Below, piece by piece: positions 9,350 to 21,626 of a stretch of DNA of 64,000 nucleotides. Source of the DNA: Flavobacteriales bacterium (GTDB lineage: Bacteria; Bacteroidota; Bacteroidia; UBA10329). Within the stretch, counting starts at the first letter, position 1, and every line of letters begins with the position of its first letter. A program made the position numbers and the translations under genes. Below the pieces are notes generated by a model. It had not been told where the DNA came from. It saw only the letters and a list, made by a program, of their open reading frames with translations, and searched no databases. The stretch is taken from assembly GCA_016124845.1 (NCBI GenBank), contig WGMW01000013.1, forward strand, positions 46,064 through 110,063, read 5' to 3'.

Positions 9350-11835
9350 TGGCAAAGCAGCAGAAGAAAAAGACCCCCATCAAGCGCAAGTACGTGCTGT
9401 ACTTCTGGCTGCTGTTGTTCTGCGGCCCGTTGTTCATTGTGCTGCATCTGCTTTCCATTTCGGCAGGGCTTTGGGGGCCGTTGCCAACGTTTGAAGAGTT
9501 GGAAAACCCGCGTAGCAATCTTGCTTCGGAGGTTTATTCAGCCGATCAGAAAGTACTCGGAACCTACTTCGTTCAGAACCGCTCCAACATCAAGTACGAA
9601 GACCTTTCTCCGTATGTGCCGCAAGCGTTGGTTTCTACCGAAGATGAGCGCTATTATTGGCACAGCGGAGTGGACCTTTACGGGTTGGCACGGGCCATTA
9701 TGCTTCTTGGAAAGCGTGGCGGAGGAAGTACCGTGACACAGCAGTTGGCAAAGAACCTTTTTGATACACGAACAGGAGAGAATCACTTGCGTGGAGGCCC
9801 GCTTGTGCAGAAACCAGCCGAGTGGATCATTGCCACACGCTTGGAACGCAGATACACCAAGGAAGAGATTATGGCGCTGTATCTGAACACGGTCGATTTC
9901 ATCAACGGTGCCGTGGGAATCAAATCGGCCAGCAAGGTCTATTTCAACACCACGCCCGATTCGCTCAAGATCGAGCAGGCCGCCACATTCGTAGGCATGC
10001 TGAAAAACCCTGCGTTGTTCAATCCGCGCAAACGACCCGACACCACGATGCACAGACGGAATGTGGTCTTTGGGCAGATGTTGCGGAACGAGGTCATCAC
10101 AAAGGCAGAGTTTGACTCGCTTTCCAAGTTGCCGCTTGAACTGGATTACCGAAGCACCGATCACAACGAAGGAACGGCCACCTACTTCCGTGAATACCTT
10201 CGGAATGAGCTGAAAAAGTGGTGTGCAACGCACAAGAAACCCGATGGTTCAAGCTACGACCTCTATCGCGATGGCCTGCGGATCTACACGACCATTGATT
10301 CGCGCTTGCAGGAATACGCGGAGAATGCGGTGACGCAGCACATCAAAGAACATCAGGCCAAATTCTGGAAGGATCAGAAGGGAAACAAAAAGGCACCGTT
10401 CCGAGGAATTGACGATGCGGAGATCGAGAGCATCATGCTGCAATCGATGCGCAGGTCCACGCGTTACAACGCGCGGTTGGATCAGCGCCCAGACATCCGT
10501 GAACGCTACCGCGACTATTACGTGTACAAGCAGGAAAGGGACAAGTACGATTCGGAAATCGATAAACTCTATAAGCAGTTTGAGCGTGCTGAGCGCATGG
10601 AGAAAGAGGATGAGATGGAGGCGATCAAGGAGCAGATCGAGAAGCTCCAGAAGAAGTCGAAAAAACTCCAGCCCGACCTCGACCGCACGTGGGACAAGTA
10701 TCACGTCATCTGGAAACCATTTGATGATTCGCTTCAAGTGGAGTTTAAACAACCCGTTGAAATGTCAATTTTCTCATGGAATGGAGACATCGATACGGTG
10801 CTTACTCCAATGGATTCCATCCGCTATTACAAGCATTTCCTGCAGGCGGGTCTTATGTCGATGGATCCGCGAACAGGATTTGTGAAAGCATGGGTCGGAG
10901 GCATCAATTACAAGCATTTCAAGTACGATAACGTACGGCAGGGAAGCCGACAGGTCGGTTCCACCTTCAAGCCATTTGTATATGCGCTGGCCATTCAAGA
11001 AGGCTGGTCGCCATGTGAGAAAGTGCTGAACATTCCCGTCACATTTGAGAAAGACCGCTGGGGTTTGCCCGAAGATTGGACGCCACACAATTCAGATAAC
11101 AAGCACGAAGGCGAGGAGCTGAGTTTGAAGCAGGCGTTGGCCAATTCGGTCAACACCATCACAGCCTACATCATGAAGAAATTCGGGCCACAGGCCGTAA
11201 TTGATCTTGTGCGAAAAATGGGCATTACTGCTCCGATAGATCCATATCCCGCCATCTGCTTGGGAACGCCAAGTCTTTCGGTGTATGAGATGACGGCAGC
11301 CCATTGCACGTTCACCAACAAAGGTGTTTATACGGAGCCCGTTCTCATTACGCGGATCGAGGATAAGAACGGAAACATATTGGAGGAGTTTGTTCCGAAA
11401 ACACATGAGGTAATGGACGAGCAGACCGCTTACACCATGATCAACCTGATGGAAGGTGTGGTGCAATATGGTTCGGGTGTGCGGTTGCGCTACAGGTATA
11501 AAATGGACGAGGCCATTGCGGGAAAAACGGGAACCACGCAGAACCAATCGGATGGTTGGTTCATGGGGCATACGCCCGACCTTGTAACAGGTATTTGGGT
11601 GGGCTGTGAAGACCGTGCAGCACATTTCCGCACCATTGTGGAAGGGCAAGGCGCAGCCATGGCGCTGCCGATCTGGGCCATTTACATGATGAAGGCTTTT
11701 GATGATAAAGGACTAAACCTCTCCAAAGGCCCATTTGAGAAACCAGAAGGAGAGATGAAAGTGGAGTTGGATTGCAACAAATACGATAAATTGAACACCA
11801 CTAAACGAGGGTCGGACATCCCTGATTTCGAATAG
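9349..11835 (+). CDS. mrcA: class A penicillin-binding protein (PBP1A; transglycosylase + transpeptidase)
   Basis: GTG start overlapping upstream stop. N-terminal TM anchor, GT51 motifs (EDERYYWHSGVD), transpeptidase SxxK (STFKPF), SVN and KTGTT motifs. Confidence 0.9.
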   Translation: MAKQQKKKTPIKRKYVLYFWLLLFCGPLFIVLHLLSISAGLWGPLPTFEELENPRSNLASEVYSADQKVLGTYFVQNRSNIKYEDLSPYVPQALVSTEDERYYWHSGVDLYGLARAIMLLGKRGGGSTVTQQLAKNLFDTRTGENHLRGGPLVQKPAEWIIATRLERRYTKEEIMALYLNTVDFINGAVGIKSASKVYFNTTPDSLKIEQAATFVGMLKNPALFNPRKRPDTTMHRRNVVFGQMLRNEVITKAEFDSLSKLPLELDYRSTDHNEGTATYFREYLRNELKKWCATHKKPDGSSYDLYRDGLRIYTTIDSRLQEYAENAVTQHIKEHQAKFWKDQKGNKKAPFRGIDDAEIESIMLQSMRRSTRYNARLDQRPDIRERYRDYYVYKQERDKYDSEIDKLYKQFERAERMEKEDEMEAIKEQIEKLQKKSKKLQPDLDRTWDKYHVIWKPFDDSLQVEFKQPVEMSIFSWNGDIDTVLTPMDSIRYYKHFLQAGLMSMDPRTGFVKAWVGGINYKHFKYDNVRQGSRQVGSTFKPFVYALAIQEGWSPCEKVLNIPVTFEKDRWGLPEDWTPHNSDNKHEGEELSLKQALANSVNTITAYIMKKFGPQAVIDLVRKMGITAPIDPYPAICLGTPSLSVYEMTAAHCTFTNKGVYTEPVLITRIEDKNGNILEEFVPKTHEVMDEQTAYTMINLMEGVVQYGSGVRLRYRYKMDEAIAGKTGTTQNQSDGWFMGHTPDLVTGIWVGCEDRAAHFRTIVEGQGAAMALPIWAIYMMKAFDDKGLNLSKGPFEKPEGEMKVELDCNKYDKLNTTKRGSDIPDFE

Positions 11836-11838
11836 AAT

Positions 11839-12537
11839 ATGAATAAAGTTGTAGCTGGGCCGCAAGAGGCTCTGAAAGGAATTGAGAACGGAATGACCCT
11901 GATGCTGGGCGGCTTCGGGCTGTGCGGCATTCCAGAGAACAGCATTGCCGAACTGGTGAAAATGGGCGTTTCCGGCCTCACGTGCATTTCAAACAATGCA
12001 GGAGTGGATGATTTTGGATTGGGGCTGCTGCTTCAAAAACGACAGATCAAGAAGATGATCTCTTCTTATGTCGGTGAGAACGACCTGTTCGAAAAACTGA
12101 TGCTGAGCGGAGAACTGGAAGTGGACCTTATCCCGCAAGGCTCGTTGGCTGAGCGATGCCGCGCGGGAGGAGCTGGAATTCCAGCATTCTTTACACCCGC
12201 AGGTTACGGAACCGAAGTGGCAGAAGGAAAAGAAGTTCGCGTTTTCAACGGAAAGCCACACATTCTGGAAAGCGCGCTAACTGCAGATTTCGCCATTGTC
12301 AAAGCGTGGAAAGGAGACCATTTCGGGAACCTCATTTTCAAGGGAACGGCACGGAACTTCAACCCGATGATGGCCATGGCTGGAAAGATCACGGTGGCGG
12401 AAGTGGAAGAACTGGTTGAGCCGGGAGAACTCGACCCGAATTTCATTCACACGCCAGGGATTTTCGTCAACCGAATTTTCCAAGGAGAGAAGTTCGAAAA
12501 GCGGATTGAGCAGCGAACGGTAAGACAACGACCATAA
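11839..12537 (+). CDS. scoA: 3-oxoacid CoA-transferase subunit A
   Basis: 232 aa, N-terminus [33 protein letters not shown] typical of ScoA/AtoD. Paired with subunit B downstream. Confidence 0.88.
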   Translation: MNKVVAGPQEALKGIENGMTLMLGGFGLCGIPENSIAELVKMGVSGLTCISNNAGVDDFGLGLLLQKRQIKKMISSYVGENDLFEKLMLSGELEVDLIPQGSLAERCRAGGAGIPAFFTPAGYGTEVAEGKEVRVFNGKPHILESALTADFAIVKAWKGDHFGNLIFKGTARNFNPMMAMAGKITVAEVEELVEPGELDPNFIHTPGIFVNRIFQGEKFEKRIEQRTVRQRP

Positions 12538-12547
12538 GCAGAAAGAG

Positions 12548-13204
12548 ATGGCAATTGATAAGAATGGCATAGCAAAACGAATTGCACAGGAGCTGCGGGA
12601 CGGATATTACGTGAACCTCGGAATCGGGATTCCGACCTTGGTGGCCAATTACATTCCCGAAGGGATAGAAGTGGAATTCCAATCAGAGAACGGAATTCTC
12701 GGAATGGGACCTTTTCCCTACGAAGATGAGGTGGACGCAGACCTGATCAACGCGGGAAAACAGACCATTACAGCCCGTCCGGGAGCCGTGTTCTTTGATT
12801 CGGCCACCAGTTTTGCCATGATCCGTGGCCAACACGTGCAGCTAACGGTTCTGGGGGCCATGGAGGTGGCTGACAATGGCGACATCGCCAACTGGAAAAT
12901 TCCTGGCAGAATGGTGAAGGGAATGGGCGGAGCGATGGATCTTGTCGCTTCGGCAGAGAACATCATCGTGGCCATGATGCATACGAACAAGGCGGGCGAA
13001 TCGAAGCTGTTGAAAAAATGTACGCTTCCGATCACAGGCGTTGGCTGTGTGAAACGCGTGGTAACCAACTTGGCTGTTCTGGATGTAACTCCAGAAGGCT
13101 TCAAACTCATTGAGTGTGCGCCCGGAGTTTCGGTGGAGGAGATTGTGAATGCAACCGAAGGAAGATTGGTGGTAGAAGGCGAAATCCCTGAGATGAAGCT
13201 GTAA
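12548..13204 (+). CDS. scoB: 3-oxoacid CoA-transferase subunit B
   Basis: 218 aa with the conserved SENGxLG(M/I)GP glutamate active-site motif ([10 protein letters not shown]). Confidence 0.88.
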   Translation: MAIDKNGIAKRIAQELRDGYYVNLGIGIPTLVANYIPEGIEVEFQSENGILGMGPFPYEDEVDADLINAGKQTITARPGAVFFDSATSFAMIRGQHVQLTVLGAMEVADNGDIANWKIPGRMVKGMGGAMDLVASAENIIVAMMHTNKAGESKLLKKCTLPITGVGCVKRVVTNLAVLDVTPEGFKLIECAPGVSVEEIVNATEGRLVVEGEIPEMKL

Positions 13205-14143
13205 GTGTCGCTGTCGGTCATCATACCTGTTTTCAACGAGGAAGCGAACGTTCTTCCGCTGTACGAACGTTTGAAAAAGGTGTGCGAAGCCTTGAGCGAG
13301 CCAAGCACCGAATTTCTTTTTGTGAACGATGGAAGCACCGACCGCACATTGGAGGTGGTCAAGGGGCTTTCGAAAACGGATTCGACCGTAAGTTATATCG
13401 ACCTGAGCCGAAATTTCGGTCATCAGGTAGCTGTTACGGCCGGTCTCGATCATTGCAAAGGCGATCTGGTGGTGATCATCGATGCAGACCTACAGGATCC
13501 GCCAGAGCTGATCCCAGAGATGATCGCCAAGATCAACGAGGGAAATGATGTCGTATACGCTCGTAGGCTGGTGAGGAAAGGTGAAACCTTCATGAAGAAA
13601 CTCACAGCGAAACTCTTTTACCGGTTGCTCCGGAGCATTACCAGCGTGGAAATACCGGTTGACACGGGCGATTTCAGGGTCATCACCCGAAGGGTTGTGA
13701 ATATTTTGAATGAAATGCCAGAACGGGAGAAGTTCCTGAGAGGACAGATCGCATGGATCGGCTTCAGCCAAACGTATGTAGAATACGAACGGGACGAACG
13801 TGTTGCCGGAAAGAGCAACTATACGTGGCGAAAAATGCTGCGTTTGGCGTTGGACGGCATCACCTCATTTTCCAACTTTCCGCTGAAAGTGGCAACGGTT
13901 TCCGGATTCGTGATGGCGTTCATTTCCTTTCTGCTGATGTTGTTTGCGTTATATTCGCGATTCGTTTGGAAGGTGTATGAACCGGGGTGGACGTCTCTCA
14001 TGTTGAGCGTGCTGTTCATAGGGGGAATCCAGTTGGTGGCAATAGGAATAATTGGAGAGTACATCGGAAGAATCAGTACTAACGTCAAACAACGACCGCT
14101 TTACCTTATCAGGGAGAAAAGCCAGCAAAGCTCCGAGAAGTGA
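13205..14143 (+). CDS. GT2 polyprenyl-phosphate glycosyltransferase (GtrB/ArnC-like, two C-terminal TM helices)
   Basis: GTG start. [20 protein letters not shown]-terminus, DxD (IDADLQD), C-terminal hydrophobic helices. Confidence 0.8.
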   Translation: MSLSVIIPVFNEEANVLPLYERLKKVCEALSEPSTEFLFVNDGSTDRTLEVVKGLSKTDSTVSYIDLSRNFGHQVAVTAGLDHCKGDLVVIIDADLQDPPELIPEMIAKINEGNDVVYARRLVRKGETFMKKLTAKLFYRLLRSITSVEIPVDTGDFRVITRRVVNILNEMPEREKFLRGQIAWIGFSQTYVEYERDERVAGKSNYTWRKMLRLALDGITSFSNFPLKVATVSGFVMAFISFLLMLFALYSRFVWKVYEPGWTSLMLSVLFIGGIQLVAIGIIGEYIGRISTNVKQRPLYLIREKSQQSSEK

Positions 14144-14862
14144 ATTTCAAGAAACTTTCCATTGTCATTCCTGCCTACAACGAGGCGAAAACCATACACC
14201 TGATCCTGAACCGGATCAAGGACGTACAGCTCGTCAACGACATTCAGAAAGAGTTGATCATTGTGAACGATTGTTCCAAGGACAACACAATGGAGGTGCT
14301 GGAACAGTACAAAGTTGAGAATCCGGAAATGGATATCCAATTGTTCTCGCAACCCAAAAATATGGGCAAGGGAGCTGCGCTGCATAAAGGAATAGAACTG
14401 GCAACGGGTGAATATCTGTTGATTCAGGATGCCGACCTGGAATACGACCCACGCGAGTATAATGATCTGCTAAAACCGGTTGTAGAAGGCAACGCAGACG
14501 TGGTTTATGGCTCACGCTTCATGGGCGGAAATCCGCACAGGGTGTTGTTCTTCTGGCACACTATCGGAAACCAATTCCTCACATTTCTATCCAACATGTT
14601 CACCAATCTGAACCTTACGGATATGGAAACCTGCTACAAACTGTTTGACACCAAAATGGTGCAAGGGCTGAAATTGAAGGAAAACCGGTTCGGATTCGAG
14701 CCGGAGGTGACCGCTAAGATTTCGCGCATTCCTAAGATCAGGATATACGAAGTGGGAATATCTTATTATGGACGAACGTATGAGGACGGAAAGAAGATCG
14801 GGGCGAAAGACGGCTTTCGTGCCATCTACTGTATCCTGAAGTACAATATCTTCAGTAAGTAG
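14140..14862 (+). CDS. GT2 glycosyltransferase (dolichol-phosphate mannosyltransferase-like, soluble)
   Basis: GTG start overlapping upstream stop. [14 protein letters not shown]..., DxD (QDADLEYD). Confidence 0.75.
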   Translation: MNFKKLSIVIPAYNEAKTIHLILNRIKDVQLVNDIQKELIIVNDCSKDNTMEVLEQYKVENPEMDIQLFSQPKNMGKGAALHKGIELATGEYLLIQDADLEYDPREYNDLLKPVVEGNADVVYGSRFMGGNPHRVLFFWHTIGNQFLTFLSNMFTNLNLTDMETCYKLFDTKMVQGLKLKENRFGFEPEVTAKISRIPKIRIYEVGISYYGRTYEDGKKIGAKDGFRAIYCILKYNIFSK

Positions 14863-14868
14863 AATCCG

Positions 14869-16656
<1,788 letters not shown>

Positions 16657-16693
16657 GGTGTGCAAAGGTAAGTGGCAACCAATCTGTTGAGCA

Positions 16694-16722
16694 TAAAAAA
16701 AGCACCTCAATTGAAGTGCTTC
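16694..16722 (-). terminator. rho-independent terminator downstream of tRNA-Gln
   Basis: Hairpin AAGCAC-N-GTGCTT followed by a T-run on the minus strand, between the tRNA 3' end and the lepA start. Confidence 0.5.
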
Positions 16723-16734
16723 CGTTTTTGTTTG

Positions 16735-16807
16735 TTGGCCCACTAGGGCTCGAACCTAGACTCTTCTGAACCAAAATCAGACGTGTTGCCAGTTACACCA
16801 TGGGCCA
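16735..16807 (-). tRNA. tRNA-Gln (anticodon UUG)
   Basis: 73-nt cloverleaf folded by hand: acceptor U1-A72...A7-U66, D stem GUGU/ACAC, anticodon stem UCUGA/UCAGA with loop UUUUGGU (UUG), T arm CUAGG-UUCGAGC-CCUAG, discriminator A. CCA not encoded. Confidence 0.85.
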
Positions 16808-16919
16808 AAACGGGCGGCAAAAATAAGAAAGTTTAACATCGGCACAAACAACTTTAGAACGACTTTCACGGTCTTGTGCACGATATATTCCTAAATTCGA
16901 CACCGCATAAAAAAGCCCT

Positions 16920-19900
16920 ATGAGCAAGTACAAATCAGCGAATAACATTACGGGATGGTTGGTGTTCTTCATCGCCTCGTTCGTTTATGTTTCAACCATA
17001 GAACCAACCGCCAGCTGGTGGGATTGTGGCGAGTATATCTCCGCCTCTTACAAACTCATGGTGGGTCACGAACCTGGTGCTCCGATGTTCCAGATGATCG
17101 CGCGGTTCTTCGCCATTTTTGCGGGTGATGATGTGACGCAAGTGGCCAAGTGGGTCAATACCATGTCGGCCATGGCAAGTGCGTTCACTATTCTGTTCCT
17201 GTTCTGGTCCATCACGCATTTTGCCAAGAAATTGGTGATGGGGAAAGATGGAGACGAGAATGACCTCGGTAAGATATTGGCCGTGATGGGAAGTGGTGCT
17301 GTGGGTGCATTGGCGTTCACATTCTCCGATTCGTTCTGGTTCTCGGCTGTGGAAGGCGAGGTTTACGCACTCTCCAGCATGTTCACCGCATTGGTGTTCT
17401 GGGTCATTTTGAAGTGGGAGACGGTGGCCGATGAGCCGCATGCCGACCGTTACATCGTGCTTATCGCGTTGCTTTTCGGGATGTCCATCGGTGTTCACTT
17501 GCTGAACTTGTTGGCCATTCCCGCCATCACATTCGTGTATTATTTCAAGAAGTTCAAACCTTCTACTACGGGTTTTATCGTGGCTGGAATCGTCTCGCTG
17601 GCCATTCTCGTTTTCGTTCAGTACGGAATCATCCCTTACGTGGTGAAATTGGCCTCTTGGTTCGAACTGATCTTTGTGAACAGCATGGGCATGCCGTTCA
17701 ATTCTGGCTTCTTGGTTTATTTGGCGGTGCTGGCAGCTGCGGTTGCTTTCGGTCTATACTACACCAAAAAGAAAGGAATGATCACGGCCAACACGGCCAT
17801 GCTCAGCCTGCTGATGCTTTTGATCGGATATTCGGCCTACACGCTGACGGTGGTCCGTTCCATTGCCAATCCACCGATGGATGAAAGCAACCCGGACAAC
17901 GTTTTTGCCCTGCAATCGTACCTGAACCGCGAGCAGTACGGAGACCGTCCATTGTTCTACGGTCAGTATTTCAATGCTGATTATATCGGCAAGAAAGATG
18001 GCGCGAAGATCTACCACAAAGGAGAAAAGAGCTATGAGGTTATCGGGCGCAAATCGGAGGCCGAATACGACCCGAAAATGAGCGGACTGTTCCCACGCAT
18101 GTACAGCAATCAGCCGCATCATATTGAAGAATACAAGAGTTGGACAGGCGCCAAAGGCGGAAATGTGAAACCGACCTTCGGTCAGAACATGGAGTTCCTG
18201 TTCAAATACCAGATCGGCCACATGTATCTGAGGTATTTCATGTGGAACTTCGCTGGACGTCAAAATGACATTCAGGGACACGGAGAGATCAACAAGGGAA
18301 ACTGGATCTGTGGCATTCCTTTTATTGATGAAATGCGCCTTGGGCCACAGGACGACCTACCGATTTCGATGACCTCGAACAAGGCTCACAACAAGTTTTA
18401 TCTGTTGCCACTTATCCTTGGTCTGATCGGTTTCGTCTTCCAGTATTATCGAGATAAGGAGGGAACATGGCTTGTCGGGCTCATGTTCCTGATGACAGGT
18501 CTGGCCATTGTCATCTACCTGAACCAATATCCGTATCAGCCGCGCGAGCGGGACTACGCCTACGTGGGTTCGTTCTATGCCTTTGCCATGTGGATCGGCC
18601 TTGGCGTAGCCGCGATCTATGATGCATTGAAAGACAAGACACCAAGCGTGGTTGCGGGCGGTGTTGCCAGTATCCTTTCGCTTTCGGCCCCTGCGGTGAT
18701 GGCCAAAGATGGTTGGGACGACCATGATCGTTCAAACCGATACGCGGCACGCGATATTGCGGTCGATTATCTTGAAACCTGCGCACCGAACGCCATTCTT
18801 TTCACGAATGGCGATAACGACACATTCCCGCTTTGGTATGCACAGGAAGTGGAAGGCGTGCGTACCGATGTCCGTGTGGTGAACCTGAGTCTCTTCAACA
18901 CCAACTGGTACATCGATCAGTTGCGTAGAGCAGCCTACGATGCAGCCCCGTTGCCGCTGTCGTTCAGCAAGGATCAACTTTTGGGCGAGAAACGGCTTCA
19001 GATTCCGATCTACGACAGAAAAATCCCTGGTCACGTTGAGTTGAAGGAAGTACTCAACTTTGTGGCGCAAGATGACCCACAATATATGCTGCCAACCCGT
19101 GTGGGCGACTTCAATTACATGCCAACCGCCAATCTGAAAGTGACCATCGATTCACTTCAGGTTCTGAAAACAGGAACCGTTCGTCCCGATCAGGCAGACC
19201 GTATTGTGAAGGAAATGAAGTGGAAGATCAAAGGTTCTTCCATCACCAAAAACCACTTGATGGTACTTGATATCATCGCCCAGACCAACTGGGAACGCCC
19301 GATCTACTTTGCGGTAACCGTGGGCAGCGACAACTACCTTGGTTTGGAGGATTACTTCCAGATCGAAGGACTGGCGTATCGCTTGGTTCCCATCCGTCAA
19401 GAAAGCAAAGATGGACAGACGGGCGAGGTGAACACCGTTGCCATGTATGACAACATGGTGAACAAGTTTGAGTGGGGAAACATGGACCGACCTGATGTTT
19501 ATCACGGAACAGAAACCGAGCGCATGAGCCTCAACTACCGAAGCATGTATGCGCGGTTGGCCAATGCGCTCATCGCGGAAGGAAAGAAGGAAGAGGCCAA
19601 AAAAGCACTGGATCGTTGCATGGAGGCCATTCCTCACGAATCCATTCTGCTCAATTTCTCAGCTGCTGGAATTGTGGAAGGCTACTACAAACTGGGTGAG
19701 TTTGAAACAGGAAACAAAATTGCCAGAGAGCTGATGGAAGTGTATGCGCAGGACATCGAGTATTACACACGACTTTCGCGCGCGCAGGTTACGCGGTTGG
19801 GCAACGAACCAGAGATCGCCATGTCGGTGCTTCAGAAGCTATTGATTTTGGCGCGCGTACACAAGCAGGACGAGTTCTTAAGTGAGATTGAGAACCGATT

Positions 19901-19949
19901 TGACGAGATCGAGGCGAAGTACGCCAACTCGCCATTGTCAAGGAAGTGA
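16920..19949 (+). CDS. large polytopic membrane protein, DUF2723/GT-C (PMT/ArnT-like) fold with C-terminal TPR region
   Basis: 1009 aa. Many N-terminal TM helices followed by a large soluble domain and TPR-like C-terminus. Typical Bacteroidota DUF2723 architecture. Confidence 0.65.
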   Translation: MSKYKSANNITGWLVFFIASFVYVSTIEPTASWWDCGEYISASYKLMVGHEPGAPMFQMIARFFAIFAGDDVTQVAKWVNTMSAMASAFTILFLFWSITHFAKKLVMGKDGDENDLGKILAVMGSGAVGALAFTFSDSFWFSAVEGEVYALSSMFTALVFWVILKWETVADEPHADRYIVLIALLFGMSIGVHLLNLLAIPAITFVYYFKKFKPSTTGFIVAGIVSLAILVFVQYGIIPYVVKLASWFELIFVNSMGMPFNSGFLVYLAVLAAAVAFGLYYTKKKGMITANTAMLSLLMLLIGYSAYTLTVVRSIANPPMDESNPDNVFALQSYLNREQYGDRPLFYGQYFNADYIGKKDGAKIYHKGEKSYEVIGRKSEAEYDPKMSGLFPRMYSNQPHHIEEYKSWTGAKGGNVKPTFGQNMEFLFKYQIGHMYLRYFMWNFAGRQNDIQGHGEINKGNWICGIPFIDEMRLGPQDDLPISMTSNKAHNKFYLLPLILGLIGFVFQYYRDKEGTWLVGLMFLMTGLAIVIYLNQYPYQPRERDYAYVGSFYAFAMWIGLGVAAIYDALKDKTPSVVAGGVASILSLSAPAVMAKDGWDDHDRSNRYAARDIAVDYLETCAPNAILFTNGDNDTFPLWYAQEVEGVRTDVRVVNLSLFNTNWYIDQLRRAAYDAAPLPLSFSKDQLLGEKRLQIPIYDRKIPGHVELKEVLNFVAQDDPQYMLPTRVGDFNYMPTANLKVTIDSLQVLKTGTVRPDQADRIVKEMKWKIKGSSITKNHLMVLDIIAQTNWERPIYFAVTVGSDNYLGLEDYFQIEGLAYRLVPIRQESKDGQTGEVNTVAMYDNMVNKFEWGNMDRPDVYHGTETERMSLNYRSMYARLANALIAEGKKEEAKKALDRCMEAIPHESILLNFSAAGIVEGYYKLGEFETGNKIARELMEVYAQDIEYYTRLSRAQVTRLGNEPEIAMSVLQKLLILARVHKQDEFLSEIENRFDEIEAKYANSPLSRK

Positions 19950-20023
19950 TCGTGCCTCGCAGCGCGTATCTCATCCGCCCACCGAAGGTTTATCGTTGGC
20001 TTTTCAGCGAGGCGCTCTTTCGG

Positions 20024-20590
20024 ATGAGCGAGAACGAGAAAAAGGTCTATCTCACGTTTGATGATGGCCCACATCCAGAGGCAACGAGATTTGTGCTTGA
20101 CGTTCTGAAAAAGCATGATGTGGAGGCCACGTTCTTTCTTCTTGGTAAGAACGCGAAGCAGCATCCAGAATTGGTCGCGGAGATAAAAACACTCGGTCAT
20201 GCCATTGGCAACCACGGAATGGATCATTTGAACGGTTGGAACACCAACTTGGATGAATACGTTTCGGATGTGGAGAAGGGAAAGCAGGTCTTGGATTCAA
20301 AACTGTTCCGACCCGCGTATGGGAAATTGACGCTCTCGCAGTATAGGAGATTGAGGGAAACTGAGCAGATCGTGTTCTGGGATGTTATCTCAGGAGACTT
20401 CGATCAAAAGATCGATGAACGGACAGTTTTGAACAATGTGTTGAAAAATGTGCGCAACGGGAGTATTATTGTGATGCACGACAGTAAAAAAGCGATGAAG
20501 AACCTTTTTGGATCGATGAATGAAATCATCGTGGAATTGAAGCAGAAAGGATTTTGTTTCGGCACACTTTCACCGATCTCAGAACCCTAA
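20024..20590 (+). CDS. polysaccharide deacetylase (NodB-homology, CE4) family protein
   Basis: YLTFDDGPHPE...HGMDH motifs. The track ORF begins at a GTG at 19946 overlapping the upstream stop. ATG at 20024 (MSENEKKVYLTFDDGP) is taken as the likely start. Confidence 0.75.
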   Translation: MSENEKKVYLTFDDGPHPEATRFVLDVLKKHDVEATFFLLGKNAKQHPELVAEIKTLGHAIGNHGMDHLNGWNTNLDEYVSDVEKGKQVLDSKLFRPAYGKLTLSQYRRLRETEQIVFWDVISGDFDQKIDERTVLNNVLKNVRNGSIIVMHDSKKAMKNLFGSMNEIIVELKQKGFCFGTLSPISEP

Positions 20591-20731
20591 TATTCATTAG
20601 TTTAGCACCTCGAAAATCAAGTGGACAGCTGGCATAAGCATAAGAGACGGGAGAAAATCAGGAACAACATTATGATCGTGTTGGCGATCATCCTCGTTAT
20701 CCTGAACATTATCGTTTATTTCTCCCGCTGA

Positions 20732-21511
20732 TCAGCGACCCTTGAACTCCGCCTTTCTTTTCTCTACGAACGCAGAAGCACCTTCTACGAAATCTTCGGT
20801 TTCGCAGCATTCGCCAAATCGGTCAATTTCGTATTCAAGGCCATTCACGCCATCCGTAAAATAGGCATTGCCACAGGCGATCACTTTCGCAATGGCAACA
20901 GGTGCCTTGGTGGCGATCTTCTGAAGAATCTCAGCACTTTTCGTAAGAAGTTCCTCCGAAGCAACAACATGATTCACCAAACCCAAACGTAGGGCTTCAT
21001 CGGCTTTGATCATATCGGCTGTCATCAGCAGTTCCATTGCCTTGCCCTTTCCGATGAGTTGGATCAGCCGCTGCGTGCCGCCATAGCCTGGTATCAGTCC
21101 CAAATTCACTTCCGGCTGACCGAAACGGGCACTTTCGTTTGCCACACGTATGTGGCAAGCCATGGCCAACTCGCAACCACCACCCAATGCAAAACCGTTG
21201 ACAGCGGCAATAAACGGCTTCGGGGCGTTCTCAATGGCGTTGAAAATCTCCTGTCCATTGGTGGCCAATTTTCGTCCCTGTTCGGCATTCAACCCTTGAA
21301 ACTCCGTGATGTCTGCGCCTGCAACAAACGCCTTATCTCCCGCACCCGTAATGATCGCTCCCGTGATCTCCGAGTTCCCGTAGACCTCTTTCACTGCAGC
21401 CCGGAGGTCGCTCAGCACGCCTTGGCTCAGCGCATTCAGTTTTTTCGGTTGATTGATGGTAATGGTGAAGATGCCGTTCTCCAGCGATGTAAGGATGTTC
21501 TCGTAAGCCAT
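20732..21511 (-). CDS. enoyl-CoA hydratase/isomerase (crotonase) family protein
   Basis: Internal start MAYENILTSLENGIFTITINQPKKLNAL. Oxyanion-hole segments (ITGAGDKAFVAGADI..., GGGCELAMACH). The 61-aa upstream extension in the track ORF has no support. Confidence 0.85.
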   Translation of the reverse strand: MAYENILTSLENGIFTITINQPKKLNALSQGVLSDLRAAVKEVYGNSEITGAIITGAGDKAFVAGADITEFQGLNAEQGRKLATNGQEIFNAIENAPKPFIAAVNGFALGGGCELAMACHIRVANESARFGQPEVNLGLIPGYGGTQRLIQLIGKGKAMELLMTADMIKADEALRLGLVNHVVASEELLTKSAEILQKIATKAPVAIAKVIACGNAYFTDGVNGLEYEIDRFGECCETEDFVEGASAFVEKRKAEFKGR

Positions 21512-21626
21512 TTCTGTTCGTTTGTTGAGCCTCAAAAGTATGAAAACAGCCTTGCCGACCACGTTTATTCGGGTGTGAAATCCCAACGAAAATGAGACCT
21601 TTGCCCCACCAAATTCAGAAGCACAG

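Noticed and set aside
9538-10233. 231-aa minus-strand ORF
   Set aside because: Antisense to the class A PBP gene.
16657-16743. N-terminal extension of the lepA ORF in the six-frame track
   Set aside because: Would overlap the tRNA-Gln gene and its terminator. The conserved LepA N-terminus begins at the internal Met (16656).
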